A stretch of 64,000 nt of DNA from Octopus vulgaris (lineage: Eukaryota), in NCBI GenBank assembly GCA_951406725.2, contig OX597814.1, positions 192,572,001 to 192,636,000 of the forward strand, given 5' to 3'. The first letter of the stretch is position 1, and each line of letters starts with the position of its first letter. Below are positions 12,155 to 25,253 of the stretch, piece by piece. The notes beneath the pieces are model-generated. The model was not told the origin of the DNA. It did no database searches and worked only from the letters and a program-made list of their open reading frames with translations. The translations under genes and the position numbers were made by a program.

Positions 12155-12550
12155 ATTATTGTATACAGTGCTCAGGTGCACCACAACTTGTCAAAAGTGC
12201 GTATGAAGCATATGCAGTAATGTACAAATGTCTGGAAAGCGAACAGTGTATGAGTCAGAAACATGCTTCCGTGTGTATGGAGGGGATGAAATCAGGTGTA
12301 GTGTTGGCGAATCTCAGGAAGCATGGAAGTTTTGAAGGATGCAGTGCTCCGACAACTAACAACTGATGCCGGCAGTTTGTTCCATGCTTCAGCAACTCTT
12401 AGCGTGAAAAAATGTTTCCGAAAGTCAAGGGAGCTGTGCTGTTTTCTGACTTTGTAAACATGTGCATGGGTGTTAGACAGGTGGAGTTTGAAAAGGTGCT
12501 CAGAGTTTATTGTTTGTCAGATGGTTAGTAATTTTATGGGTGTCTGCCAA
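12155..12550 (-). mobile_element. CR1-clade LINE 3' end remnant
   Basis: Encodes the ORF2 C-terminus (..FRKHFFTLRVAEAWNKLPASVV..); same family as 15845-16115 and ~305-350. Confidence 0.75.
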
Positions 12551-12567
12551 TAATAATTAAATAATAT

Positions 12568-12810
12568 TACGGAGATGTACTTGCATAGCAAGTGATTTGA
12601 TCTGAGATCGTGTGCTGGAAAGAAAATAATTGCAGCGTGGAAGGTGTTTGTAAGCCATTTAAGAAACACACAAAAGCCGTTCGATTCACTTCAACATTTA
12701 AGTTTAATTTGTCTTATAGCGACGAAAATATTTTGACAAATTAAACTTAAATGTTGAAGTGAATCGAACGGCTTTTGTGTGTTTCTTAAATGACTTACAA
12801 ACACCTTCCC
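12568..12810. mobile_element. Penelope-like terminal fragment with fold-back (same family as 4833-5145, 7675-7990 and 59890-60070)
   Basis: Shared sequence gatgtacttgcatagcaagtga...aagccatttaagaaacacacaaaa; inverted arms ~12640-12713 and 12735-12809; retains the 3' half of the hammerhead motif. Confidence 0.55.
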
Positions 12811-13195
12811 AATTAAATAATAATAATAATAATAATAAAATAAATAAATTAGTAATTTTAAACAATTTCAGTCTAGTAGTTGCAGTTTAACGTAGTTTTT
12901 AGATGAGGTGCGAAAATATGACATTAAAAATGTTTTGAATACAACTATTTTATCTTGACTGCAAAACGAAAGTAACCGGTATAAAATATAAAGGTCATCT
13001 ATTGCCAGTGTTAACCGCTTGACGTAAACAAAATGTAGCATTAAGGTTGCTCCGTAAATATTACATAACAAAAGTTTTTATTTATTTCAAATAAGTGAAT
13101 ACATTGACTGATAGTTTGCTTTGCGACACTTTATGAGTAAATAAGTAATACATTTTCTGCCCTTAAACTTAAATATAGCATCTATCGTTTTGACG

Positions 13196-13443
13196 ATGTT
13201 GACAAATCGGGTTTTATCGAAAGTATATAACCGCCTAACCATGTCACTCAATAATAGCATTAATTACACGCCGTCAGGTTCTTTACAATTTGATAATTTA
13301 GTAAATTCACGTAAATACACTTCATCTGAGACAGAAGTAGACTATTCTTCTCCCCAGAAATTCATGGAATCTCTTGGAGTTAAACCTGGGAAATATATTG
13401 AATACGCGCTTGGAGTGACGAATGTGGAACCTGGTGTGTTTAG
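13196..13443 (+). CDS. ACOT8: Acyl-CoA thioesterase 8 (TesB/ACOT8 family), exon 1
   Basis: ATG at 13196; MLTNRVLSK...YALGVTNVEPGVF(R); donor AG|gtaagt at 13444, phase 2. The end matches the TesB N-terminal 'L-LE...FRG' region. Confidence 0.82.
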
Positions 13444-15844
13444 GTAAGTTTAATGTTTTTAGGTACATCGGTATTAATAAGATATTTGTGACAGGTTGTT
13501 GTTTTCGATTTTTTTCCCTTCTTCTTTTGATTTCGACGTTTTCGATAATTGAGATTCAGATTTTGCCATAAAAAAGACTCATTTAAAAATTTCAATCACC
13601 ATATTTCCTTTGGAATTACGCTCTGAGCAAATTCTGTCAAGGTCGCCTTTGCCTTTCACCAGTCAAAATAAAAATCCTTATATTGACCATGAAAGTTTAT
13701 ACAAATACCTTTCAAACGGTGTAAATTACGATTACAAACAAATTTGTTGGCAACATTTTTTGGAAGGGGGCGGAGCGAGGAGAGGAGTTTCAGATTTGGA
13801 CGGTCCACATATAAGTTGGATTTTCTCTGTTTTGACGGGGATTTTTCCATTTTTTTTTTTTTCAGCACAGTCTTCGGAATGATGGGAGGCATCTTTTCGC
13901 GAGAGAAAAAAGTTGAAAATTTATCATTTTTTTCCACTTTTGCCGCACCCTCATCACCCTAGTCCTGGCCGATTTGGCCCAATTTTTTTTCCCCTTCGCA
14001 CTTAAAACCCGCGAGGGAAACATTTTCTGTTTAAAATGTTTTGCCGAAAAATTGAATACAAGGATAAAAGAGGGAAGAAAAAGTAGCAAGGAAACCAAGA
14101 GTGTTGCATATTTTATGGGATGAAACATAAAAGAAAAAAAAGTGAACAGTAAAAGACCCATTAAGTGGAAAGAGTGCAACGGGTCCCCAGGAGTAATGTT
14201 TCGCGGAGTTCGGGAAGCATGGGATATTTCAAGGACACGATGTTCCATCAGCTGACAATCGATGCTGGTAGTTTATTTTATGCTTGGAGAATTTGAGCGT
14301 GAAAATTATTTAATTAACTCTTTGGACATGGAATGCGGATATAAACGCCCTTTACAAAAGACGATTTTTCTGATTCTGTTTTTTTTTCCCCCACATATTT
14401 TGTCATATATTTCTTTATAGGGGGCTAATGCAGTTTCGCACCTCTCCATGAAAAATGCAAGTTTTTGAGCAAATTTATTTTGGATTCCTACATTTTAGAT
14501 GTCGGAGATTACGAAGATGCGTGCGCGAATTTTTTTTTTCATATTCGTTCATAGGAAGTTGTTTTACACCTATTACACACATTTTTTTTTGATTTTCTGA
14601 TAATCGTAACGCCCTATATTAACCACTTTTTTGTTATTTCACCCCACCCTACCGCCCAATTAAAAGAAAATTTCATTTTGTTTACTTTAAACAGATCGTA
14701 GCGAATTGACGAACATGTGCAAATCGAAATTAAATATAGACAAAAATATTAAAGTGAAAAGAATTTGCGTTTTACTTGTGTTTGCCTTAAGTAATCGTAA
14801 ATAATAATTCAATGTTAATTAAATATACATAATTTTATGAGAAACAATGGTTAATAATTGTTATAAAGTTTAATAAGGGGCTCAAATTTCACCCCCAATT
14901 TTAAATTTGAACTTTTTCATTTATTTATTTATTTGTCTATCTATTTATTTATCCCTGTCCGTTTATTCATAAAATATATTTGTCAACTAAATGTAGTGGT
15001 CCTATAAAAGACGGTGTTACTGTTGTTTTTAGCCACGGGAAGACATATCTATGTATCTGTCTATCTCTTTATACACATATCTATTTGCTTATTGAATTTA
15101 AAATTTTGAAAACGTGGTTTCTTGCATATTCGGAATCTCCGACATCTAAAACGTAGGGATCCGAAAAATTCGTTTTCCGCTTGTCGGGTGTGAAAGGAAG
15201 GGCAGAGACCTTGTCCTTCGCAGACCTTCCTAAACCATTATCCTTCCTCTCCAACCTTTGTAAGTCAACACCTGCAGGAAAGACCTTAATAAGTAGGAAG
15301 TTCGGGAGGGCCTGCGTAGGAAGTTCGGGGGGAGAATATAAGAACGTGGTCAGAGAGCCCAGCTATCTCCAAGGAGCAGAGACCATTATAGTAGCAATAG
15401 AAAAGGTAGAGAGAGAGAGAGAGAGAGAGAACACGGTAGTGGGTATTTATTTTATTGTTGTGAAAGGCAAAGAACACACCAGTGGAAGTTGAACTTCGAA
15501 CCTAAAATACCTATGGTAAATTCCCTAAAGCATTTTGTCTGGCGTTAACTGGCAGAAACTTTAGCACGCCAGGCGAAATGCTTAGCAGTATTTCGTCTGC
15601 CGCCACGTTCTGAGTTCAAATTCCGCCGAGGTCGACTTTGCCTTTCATCCTTTCGGGGATCGATTAAATAAGTACCAGTTACGCACTGGGGTCGATGTAA
15701 TCGACTTAATACCTATGTCTGTCCTTGTTTGTCCTCTCTGTGTTTAGCCCCTTGTGGGTAGTAAAGAAATATATTTATTCCATTACCAACCATCAAAACT
15801 TCAGAAGTTACAGTAATTTATGATGAAAAAAACTGTCATATAAT

Positions 15845-16115
15845 AATAATTGTGTACAGTGCTCAGGTGCACTACAACTCATCTAAAGTGTATATATAAT
15901 CAGGTGTAGTTTCGGCGGATTTCGGAAAGCATGAGGGCCTTAAAGGATGCAGTGTCATGGCAGTCAACAACTGACGCAGGCAGTTTATTCCATGCTTCAG
16001 CAACTCTGAGCGTGAAAAAATGTTTCCGAAAGTCATGGGAGCTGTGCTGTTTTCTGACTTTGTAGGCATGTCCACGTGTGCTAGACACATGGAGATCAAA
16101 AAGGTGTTCAGTGTC
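15845..16115 (-). mobile_element. CR1-clade LINE 3' end remnant
   Basis: TRGHAYKVRKQHSSHDFRKHFFTLRVAEAWNKLPASVV matches the TRGH..K / FF..RV...WN.LP CR1 C-terminal motif; (ATT)n tail. Confidence 0.8.
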
Positions 16116-17185
16116 AATATTTTAACATATAAGTTAAAATATTACAATAGAAACGTTATCAAGATAACAGTTTATTTGTCAGGACACCTTATGTACGCAG
16201 TAACATCTTTATATAACGTGCTGTTGTTTGGCCCTATTTTTGTATATCTACAGTTATATTTTCATTATGCCCTTTTACCCTTTCGTTACTGCATTTATTT
16301 TGAGATGCTCTGTGTTTCTTTCAATTATTTTAAATATATATTTCTTTACTACCCACAAGGGGCTAAACATAGAGGGGACAAACAAGGGCAGGCAAACGGA
16401 TTAAGTCGATTATATCGACCCCAGTGCGAAACTGGTACTTAATTTATCGACCCCGAAAGGATGAAATGCAAAGTCGACCTCGGCGGAATTTGAACTCAGA
16501 ACGTAAGTTATCATTAAGCTAGTGTTAGGAACATTAATTGTGACTAAGGTTTGGTGGAAGATTTTAATTCAGAACTTATGAAAACAAGACATTTGTACTA
16601 CAGAGCCAGAGCTGGTTTTAACCAGGTTGGTAAAAAATGAGTATTTGACTGAAGGAAGATTTGGTTGCTTTTCACTGTAGCATAGTTGACTGCATAAAGG
16701 TGCCCACATTCAGTTTGTGTGTGAAGTGTAAAAACCACACTCTGTTTATACAATATTATATCATTACTACTTGTAGTTAAAAGCTGATAGACACACTAGG
16801 ATGTAAATAATAGGTATTTTTTGTCCTGTAGTGTTACCTAATATGCTCCAACAGGTTGCTTAAATGTAGAGCACAAGCTTAAGAAATTTGTCTCACAACC
16901 ACTTGGCTCCATGTTTGATCACACTGCTAGATATTTGAGTGGTAAGAAGTTTGCTTCACAATCACATGGTTCTGGGTTCAGTCCCACAGCATGGAACCTT
17001 GGGCAAGTATCTTCTACGATAGCCTTGGGCCAACCAAAGGTTTGTGAGCGGATTTGGTTGATGAAAACTGAAAGAAGCCCATTGTATGTATATATATATA
17101 TATACTTTATTTTAAGCAGCAGAAAATTCAACAAAATCTGTTACTCTGAGTTTCTCGTTGCCGTTCATCAGACAGTTTTTGCTAG

Positions 17186-17233
17186 AAAAACTGTCTGATG
17201 AACGGCAACGAGAAACTCAGAGTAACAGATTTT
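17186..17233 (+). ncRNA. Minimal hammerhead-like motif, canonical core (mirror copy 17133-17180 on -)
   Basis: aaaaacugu-CUGAUGA-a-cg-GCAA-cg-a-GAAA-CUCAGAG-UA-acagauuuu; near-palindromic helix III, GUA triplet; lies inside a 76-bp-arm inverted repeat at 17105-17261. Confidence 0.6.
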
Positions 17234-17332
17234 GTTGAATTTTCTGCTGCTTAAAATAAAGCATATTACTCTACCACTGGTATTTGAGTACTCTTTTTTC
17301 CACCTTGTTTCACATTTATGTGTTTACTCCGG

Positions 17333-17371
<39 letters not shown>

Positions 17372-18338
17372 TTGTCCCCCTTTACTGCTTGACAACTTAG
17401 CAGTTCAGCAAAAGAGACCGATGGAATAAGTACCAGGCTTTAAAACCAGTTGGGGTTGATTTGTTCAATTAACATTCTTCAAGGTGGTGCTCCAGCATGG
17501 CCACAGTCAAATGACTGAAACAAATAAAATAAAAGATAAAAATGTATACACACACACACAGATACGGAAGCAGGGTGCACATATGTATGTATGTTTGGTG
17601 CAAACATGGCTAATGTATGTAGATGTGTATGTCCTACCAAGAGAAACTTCTAGGTTGTAAAATGACATACTAGAAATAGCAACCAACTCATCCCTAAATT
17701 TAGCTATATCTGATGATGATAGGAAAAAGCAAGCAAATCTCCCTAAACTTTTCCTTATTCTGCAAGTATCAAGAGCAAAAATAGAGATTCTCTCTTTGCA
17801 TGTGAAGGTAGGATCCATGTACGTTTATCTAAAGTGCAGGCCCTGAAGGAAATCTTTGCCTACTAAGAGACCTGGATAAGCTTCTCCTCAGTGAATCACT
17901 GTTCATTTTCTAAATTGGCTTTAGAAATATCATCACTTAGATTTAGCTGTTACCTTTTCAATTTATCATCATCCTGTCATTGAACTGTGGCCATGCTGGG
18001 GCACTGCTTTCAAGGATTTCGTCAAACAAATCAACTCCATCATCATCATCGTCATTTAATGTCCGCTTTCTATGCTAGCATGGGTTGGACGATTTGACTG
18101 AGGTCTGGCGAACCAGATGGCTGCGCCAGGCTCCAATCTGATCTGGCAGAGTTTCTACAGCTGGTTGCCCTTCCTAATGCCAACCACTCCGAGAGTGTAG
18201 TGGGTGCTTTTACATGCCACCGGCACAAGGGCCATTCAGGCAATACAGGCAACGGCCACATTTTGTATTTTAAGCCTGGTATTTATTGTATCAGGGTTGT
18301 AAACAAGCTAAACAGCAATTGTCAAGCTGAAGTGAAAG

Positions 18339-18341
<3 letters not shown>

Positions 18342-18401
<60 letters not shown>

Positions 18402-18419
18402 CACACTCACACACACACG

Positions 18420-18456
<37 letters not shown>

Positions 18457-18480
18457 ACACACACACACACACACACACAC
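18342..18480. repeat. (AC)n microsatellite with interruptions
   Basis: Direct reading. Confidence 0.97.
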
Positions 18481-18996
18481 GAAAGGCCTCTTTCAATGTC
18501 CATCTACCAAATTCACTTGCAAGACTTTGGACAAACTGGGGCTATAGTAGAAGACACTTGCCCAGGGTACCATGCAGTAGAATTGAACCCAAGCTCACAT
18601 GCTTTGGAAGCAAGCTCCTTGACCACACAGCCACACCTGTGCCTATAGTGAATAAAAGATCATCATTGTAGATCATACTGTTTATTTTCCTTCTGTTTCT
18701 ATGTATTATATAAGCAGTTCTTTATCTATGTTTGTCTTTTTCGATAATAGATAAGTTTGCTTTTTGTACAAATAAAACTATAGCATAAGCCCTCATGAAC
18801 AAGCAGTTTCCTTTCAGCTATAGTCTTTCTTTTTTCTTATTTTTCCTTTGCATTGTTAATAAGCATATATTTTACTTCACTCCTTAGCATTCAGATTATT
18901 CTGTGGAATGTAATGCTTATTTACTCAAATTGGTTTGAATAAATCGTGCATTATCTCATCGCTTCAAAATTTTTTTGATGTGATAGTATATTTTCA

Positions 18997-19785
18997 TTGG
19001 GTTGTCCAGAATGTTTGTGCATATTTTTAAAGGAAAGAAAAAGGTCAATAAATACTTATTTCTTTACTACCCACAAGGGGCTAAACACAGAGAGGACAAA
19101 CAAGGACAGACAAACGGATTAAGTCGATTATATCGACCCCTGTGCGTAACTGGTACTTATTTAATCGACCCCAAAAAGGATGAAAGGCAAAGTCGACCTC
19201 GGCGGAATTTGAACTCAGAACATAGCGGCAGACAAAATACCAGACATACTAACGTTTTTGCCAGCTCACCGCCTTTAAATACTTGCCATTACATTTTTAA
19301 TCAACCAAATATGAATCATTTTGTTGCACAATGTGTCTCCATCTTTCCTTTAACTTCAATATATCTCCTTCCCAGAATTGAGGTGGTTTATGGCAAAGAA
19401 TTCATCAAGGTATCTCTTTACATCATCCAAGGAATTGATATTTTTACCATTAAGACTATTCTGCAGAGACCTGAATAAGTGGAAATCCGAAGGAGCAATA
19501 TCTGGTGAATATGGAGGGTGGGGTAACACATCCCAGCCAAGGTGCAACAATTTCTGTCTGGTTCCCAAAGCATCAAGTGCTGGAAATGAACTTTATCTTC
19601 CATTTTAAAGGGTTACAGAATTAACCCAGGTTACAGGAACATAAACCTTCTTCCACGAAAAGATAGCTTAAACTGTGCTCTAAATGGAGGTGTAGTCAAA
19701 CCCTATTTTATGGACTCGACTATGTTCTAAAATAAGTCCAAAGGTAAGCTACTATAAATCAGCATGAACTTTCTGGACAACACAA
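18997..19785 (-). mobile_element. Internally deleted mariner element, interrupted by a SINE at ~19055-19277
   Basis: TIR ttgggttgtccagaa...; transposase remnant LGWDVLPHPPYSPDIAPSDFHLFRSLQNSL (YSPDLAP motif). Confidence 0.88.
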
Positions 19786-20832
19786 TAGAATGACATTGAA
19801 GGGTTCTTTTATTCTTTTATGAAAGAATAAAGGAATAAAAGAATATATTAGGTGTTAGAAAATCTCAGTAAGAAATGAAAGTAGTAACTATACAAAGAAA
19901 TTATGTTTATCACCACATTAATATCGCTGTTTGACAGTAATAGTTTTAACCTCCGCCAGCTGGTTACTGGTGCAAGGGAAAGACATAAAATATACAGGGT
20001 GCATGTTGTACCAGTAGCCAGGTGGCAGAGGATCTGCCTGGCATAAAAACGGTAGTAATGTCAAAAACTTTAGTTCGTGTATTCGGTGTGGTGTAAGAAA
20101 TCTAACTTTATGAAAAATAAAAAACAATATTGACACAGGCATAGCTGTGTGGTTGTGAAGCTTCTTTTCCATTCGTGTGGCTTCAGGTTCAGTCCCACTG
20201 TGCAGCACCTTGAACAAGTGTCTTTTACTATAGCCCCAGGCTGACCAAAGCGTTGTGAATGAAGTTAGTAAACAGAAACTGTGCGGAAGTCCATTATGTG
20301 TATGTGTGTGTTGTCATTCTTCAACCACCAGTAGACAACTGGTGTCGGTTCGTTTACACCCTTAGTGGTTTGGTAAAAGAAATGAATAGAATAGGTACAG
20401 ATTTCTTTAAGGTGATGTCTAAGCATAGCTGCAGTCCAGTGACTGAAACAAGTAAATAATAAAAAAGGTAATGCATATAATTTTAAAAAAAATTAATGTC
20501 TTTAGTGTAACTGTAAGAGTTGAGCAAAATTAACACCTATCTCTTTAATTTGAAATTCCAGATACCTAAATTATTCGATAAGATTACATAGCTAAATTAT
20601 TAGATAAGATTACGTAGATAAGATACATATGTAACCGTAGTATAGACCACAAGTATTTCAACTTACAGTGACTGGTGTTGGAAATAACACCAAATCTTCC
20701 TCAAATCATGCTCCATTGTCTTGCAAAAGGGAAGGTCATAAAATAATCTAGTCTACTATAGGCACAAGGCCTGAAATTTGGTGGTGGAGGGCTGGTTGAT
20801 TACATCAATCCCAGTACTCAACTGGTACTTAT

Positions 20833-21523
20833 TTTAGCAATTCTGAAAGGGTTAACCTGAGCTCAATTTTAGCAATTCTGAAAGGGTTAACCTCAGTTCA
20901 ATTCTAGCAATTCAGAAAGGATCAACCTCAGCTCAATTTAAGCAGTTCTGAAAGGGTTAACCTCAGCTCAATTCTAGCAATTCTGAAAGGGTTAACCTCA
21001 GTTCAATTCTAGCAATTCTGAAAGGGTTAACCTCAGCTCAATTCTAGCAATTCTGAAAGGATTAACCTCAGATCAATTCTAGCAATTCTGAAAGAGTTAA
21101 CCTCAGCTCAATTCTAGCAATTCTGAAAGGGTTAACCCCAGTTCAGTTCTAGAAATCCTGAAAGGATTAACCTCAGCTCAATTCTAGTAATTCTGAAAGG
21201 GGTAACCCCAGTTCAGTTCTAGCAATTCTGAAAGGGTTAACCTCAGTTCAGTTCTAGCAATTCTGAAAGGGTTAACCTCAGATCAATTCTGAAAGGGTTA
21301 ACCCCAGTTCAGTTCTAGCAATTCTGAAAGGGTTAACCTCAGCTCAATTCTAGCAATTCTGAAAGGGTTAACCTCAGCTCAATTCTAGTAATTCTGAAAG
21401 GGGTAACCCCAGTTCAGTTCTAGCAATTCTGAAAGGGTTAACATCAGATCAATTCTAGCAATTCTGAAAGGGCTAACCCCAGTTCAGTTCTAGCAATTCT
21501 GAAAGGGTTAACCTCAGCTCAAC
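20833..21523 (+). repeat. 35-bp minisatellite (~20 copies) inside a SINE
   Basis: Unit ttctagcaattctgaaagggttaacctcagctcaa; flanked by SINE sequence cccagtactcaactggtacttatt and aactcagaatgtaa. Confidence 0.95.
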
Positions 21524-21939
21524 TTCAACTCAGAATGTAAAGCTGAAAGGATTACTGTTAAGTATTTTATCTGGCATACTAATAATTCTGTCAGCTGTTC
21601 TAAGGTCGTTAGATAATCTAGGTTTAGATACCCCCCACCCCAAACACCCCCTACACAGAGAGAGGGGGTTGGGAGAAACTGGTTACAGCTAGAATGTGGG
21701 TTGACTTGGTGCTAAACAATAACTTCATGAAGTTTCAGTGATTAAACAACACTTAACCCAATCGGTAAGAAGCTGTTTTCAAGATTACTATGAGGGACGA
21801 ATAGCAGTCAAAATGTAGGACAGCAATGAATTTAGAGAATGGCTAACAGACGTTACCTAGCAAAAAGAACACATAGTAAAATGTGCTTGTGTATGTTGAA
21901 GGATGTGTCTAGCATAATGTTGTAAGTCATAAATTTTAT

Positions 21940-22275
21940 GAAGGCGCATGGCTCAGTGGTTAGAGCGTCGAGCTTACGAGCGTGAGGTTGTGAGCTCGAA
22001 TCCCGGACCGGGCTGCATGTTGTGTTCTTGAGCAAGGCACTTTATTTCACGTTACTCCAGTTCACTCAGCTGTAGAAATGAGTTGCGACGTCACTGGTGC
22101 CAAGCTGTATCGACCTTTGTCTTTCCCTTGGATAACACTAGTGGCGTGGAGAGGGGAGGCTGGTATGCATGGGCGACTGCTGGTCTTCCATAAACAACCT
22201 CGCCCGGACTTGTGTCTAGGAGGGTAACTTTCTAGGTGCAATCCCATGGTCAGTGTCGTGACCGAAGGGGGTCTC
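21940..22275 (+). mobile_element. tRNA-derived SINE (related heads at ~51680-51875 -, 55620-55857 -, 56900-57140 +)
   Basis: A box TGGCTCAGTGG, B-box-like GAGCTCGAATCC, then gtgttcttgagcaaggcacttt core. Confidence 0.8.
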
Positions 22276-23984
22276 CGAAATTTTTAGTTCATTATAATTA
22301 TACCTATTTCTTTACTACCCACAAGGGGCTAAACACAGAGAGGACAAACAAGGACAGACAAACGGATTAAGTCAATTATATCGACCCCCAGTGCGTAACT
22401 GGTACTTATTTAATCGACCCCAAAAGGATGAAAGTCAAAGTCGACCTCGGCGGAATTTGAACTCAGAACGTAGCGGCAGACGAAATACCTATTTCTTTAC
22501 TACCCACAAGGGGCTAAACACAGAGAGGACAAACAAGGACAGACAAACGGATTAAGTCAATTATATCGACCCCCAGTGCGTAACTGGTACTTAATTTATC
22601 GACCCCGAAAGGATGAAAGGCAAAGTCGACCTTGACGGAATTTGAACTCAGAACGTAGCGGCAGACAAAATGCCGTTAAGCATTTTGCCCGGCATGCTAA
22701 CGTTTCTGCCAGCTCGCCGCCTTGTTCATTATAATTATACCTTTAAGTGAAGTGAAAAATCATAATTAATGATTAATTCTAATTGAGAAGGGCAGGGAAA
22801 ATGTTTTTGAAATCTAAATTAAGATGTTTGCAGAGGGAAATTATTCTGGCTTTCAGCAAATACAATGACAACTCAGAACATTAGGCCTCCCTCCTACCTC
22901 CGTGAAGAAAAAGCTTAATATCTCTCAGGTACCTAGGTAGTTTATCTTTGTACATGCCATAGATCTAACTCGGCCCTCATTTAATTTTTAATTTAGATTT
23001 TAGAGTTACCTCCCCTATCTTTTGTAACCATTCATCGCACTGGACAACAAAGATTTTGCTACTGGAGTAAAAACATGGTGTTTTTAGACTAAATCGAGGA
23101 TGCTGATTCGGAATCCGCACACGGAATTTTTCTAGCACGCCAGGATTTTGAGTTATGCGCATGCGCAAGATTATAACTATACTTTCGGCTAGATATAGGC
23201 TGTATAATAAAATTTGTTAACCCTTTCGTTACCAACCCGGATGAAACCGGCTCTGGCTCTGAGTACAAATGTCTTGTTTTCATAAGTTTTAAATTAAAAT
23301 CTTCAACCAAACCTTAGTCACAATTTATGTTTCTAACACTAGCTTCATGATAAAGTTATTTTACTAAATTCTTTGTTATATTTAAAGTAATTGAAACAAA
23401 CACACAACATCTCAAAATTAAATGAAAGCAGTTTTAATTAAATAACAGCAATAAAACAAATGATGAGAAAGTTCATTATTTAGTTTAGCAATAGATGGTG
23501 CTGACATATTGTGTGCAAACGCCAAATACGTCAGTTTGCTCTTGGTAACTCTTTGTGTCGTTTGCACTGCTGTCATGTGTGGTATATATATATATCTCAT
23601 TCTGTGTGATTACTGTTTTAACTGTTCATTGTGTTAGATCATGAATAGGAGAGGCTGTGTGTGGAGCAACCAGACAATTTTTCTTATGTCTGTGGAAAAT
23701 TTGCCGCCAGAGCAAGCACTCCAAAAGTGGAGAGAAGTCTCGCCAGTGGCATGTAAAAAGCACCCACTACACTCTCAGAGTGGTTGGCATTAGGAAGGGC
23801 ATCGAGCTGTAGGAACCTTGCCAAAGCAGATTGGAACCTGGTGCAGCCTTCTGGCTTGCAAGTTGATAGTCAAACCATCCAACCCATGCCAGCATGGAAA
23901 GCGGACGTTAAACAATGATGATGATGATGATGATATATGCTCATACATACGCATGCCTATTTATATACATCTATGCATGCGCAA

Positions 23985-25050
23985 TTGAAGATTGAGAGAA
24001 GTCTGCATCAGTCTCATGAAAAGGAGAGAGCAGATAAGGAAGCTTGGGTTATAGAAAATATCAAGTCGAGCCTTAAAGCTTTCTATAAGTTTGCCAAAGA
24101 AATAGCCTCAGTATGCTACAAGATAGGACACCTCTTCCAAAACGATGGCTCCCTCACAGGAAACACCATGAGGATAAGTGAAATACTGAACAAACAGTTC
24201 CAAAGTATGTTCACTACACCTCTGGGACACAGGCAAGTGAACAAACCAGCAGAATTCTTTGCCACATTACCTGTAACCAAAGAGGAAAAATTGAGTACCT
24301 AAGCATTGAAGAAGATGATGTAACATTAGCCATAGATGAGGTTGACACAAACTCGGCTGCTGGATTTCCAGTGGTCCTTCTCAAATCATGCAAACAAGCC
24401 CTTGCAGAACCACTGCAGCTTCTCTTTTAAGAGCATTCTTGCAAGTGGTAAGCTCCCAGACAAACTGAAGGAAGGGATAATATGCCCTGTCCATAAGGGA
24501 GGAAGCAGAGTAGATACTAAAAATTATAGGCCTATCTCTCTAACCTCACACATCATCATTATCATCATCGTTTAACGTCCGCTTTCCATGTTAGCATGGG
24601 TTGGACGATTTTGACTGAGGGCTGGCGAACCAGATGGCTGCACCAGGCTCCAATCTTGATTTGGCAGTTTCTACAGCTGGATGCCCTTCCTAACGCCAAC
24701 CACTCCGAGAGTGTAGTGGGTGCTTTTTACGTGCCACCAGCATGGGGGCCAGTCAGGCAGTACTGGCAATGACCTCACTCGAGTCTTTTTACACATGCCA
24801 CCAGCACAGATACCACATCAGTAAAATCATAGAATGAGTAGTCTGCATGAAACTAATTGCATTCCTTGAAGAAAATGACACCCAACATAGATTTCGATCG
24901 GGTAGAAGCTGTCTAACACAACTTCTGCAACACTACAACTGGGTGTTAAAACAGTAACTGAATGACTTGGGCATGGATGTGATATATTTCAATTTTGTAA
25001 AAGCCTTTGACAATGTCGACCATGGTATGATATGTCACAAACTGCATGAT
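23985..25050 (+). pseudogene. Decayed CR1-like LINE reverse transcriptase fragment, with a SINE inserted at ~24555-24813
   Basis: ENIKSSLKAFYKFAK; IICPVHKGGSR...NYRPISLTS; QHRFRSGRSCLTQLL; DVIYFNFVKAFDNVDH; frameshifts and stops present; TSD cacatca around the insert. Confidence 0.85.
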
Positions 25051-25253
25051 CTTAATGAATGAAATCATGAAATCAGTTGTATTGTCTTATTTATTGTCTT
25101 ACAGAACTCATATTGCACTGTAGTTCCAATATCTACTGTTACGCATCATTGTCTCTCATGCATCCCATGATTGTTTTTGTATCCAGATTTGTTTACATCT
25201 GTGTATCAGCTACATTCTCATTCTCATTCATTTGTGATTTTATTTTTCCACCC

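Noticed and set aside
15181-15492. 103-aa ORF in ACOT8 intron 1
   Set aside because: Non-ATG start, includes a (GA)n tract, and has no recognisable domain or supported splice context.
20833-21523. CRISPR-like 35-bp periodic array
   Set aside because: Units are contiguous with no unique spacers, the context is a eukaryotic intron, and there are no cas genes; it is a minisatellite.
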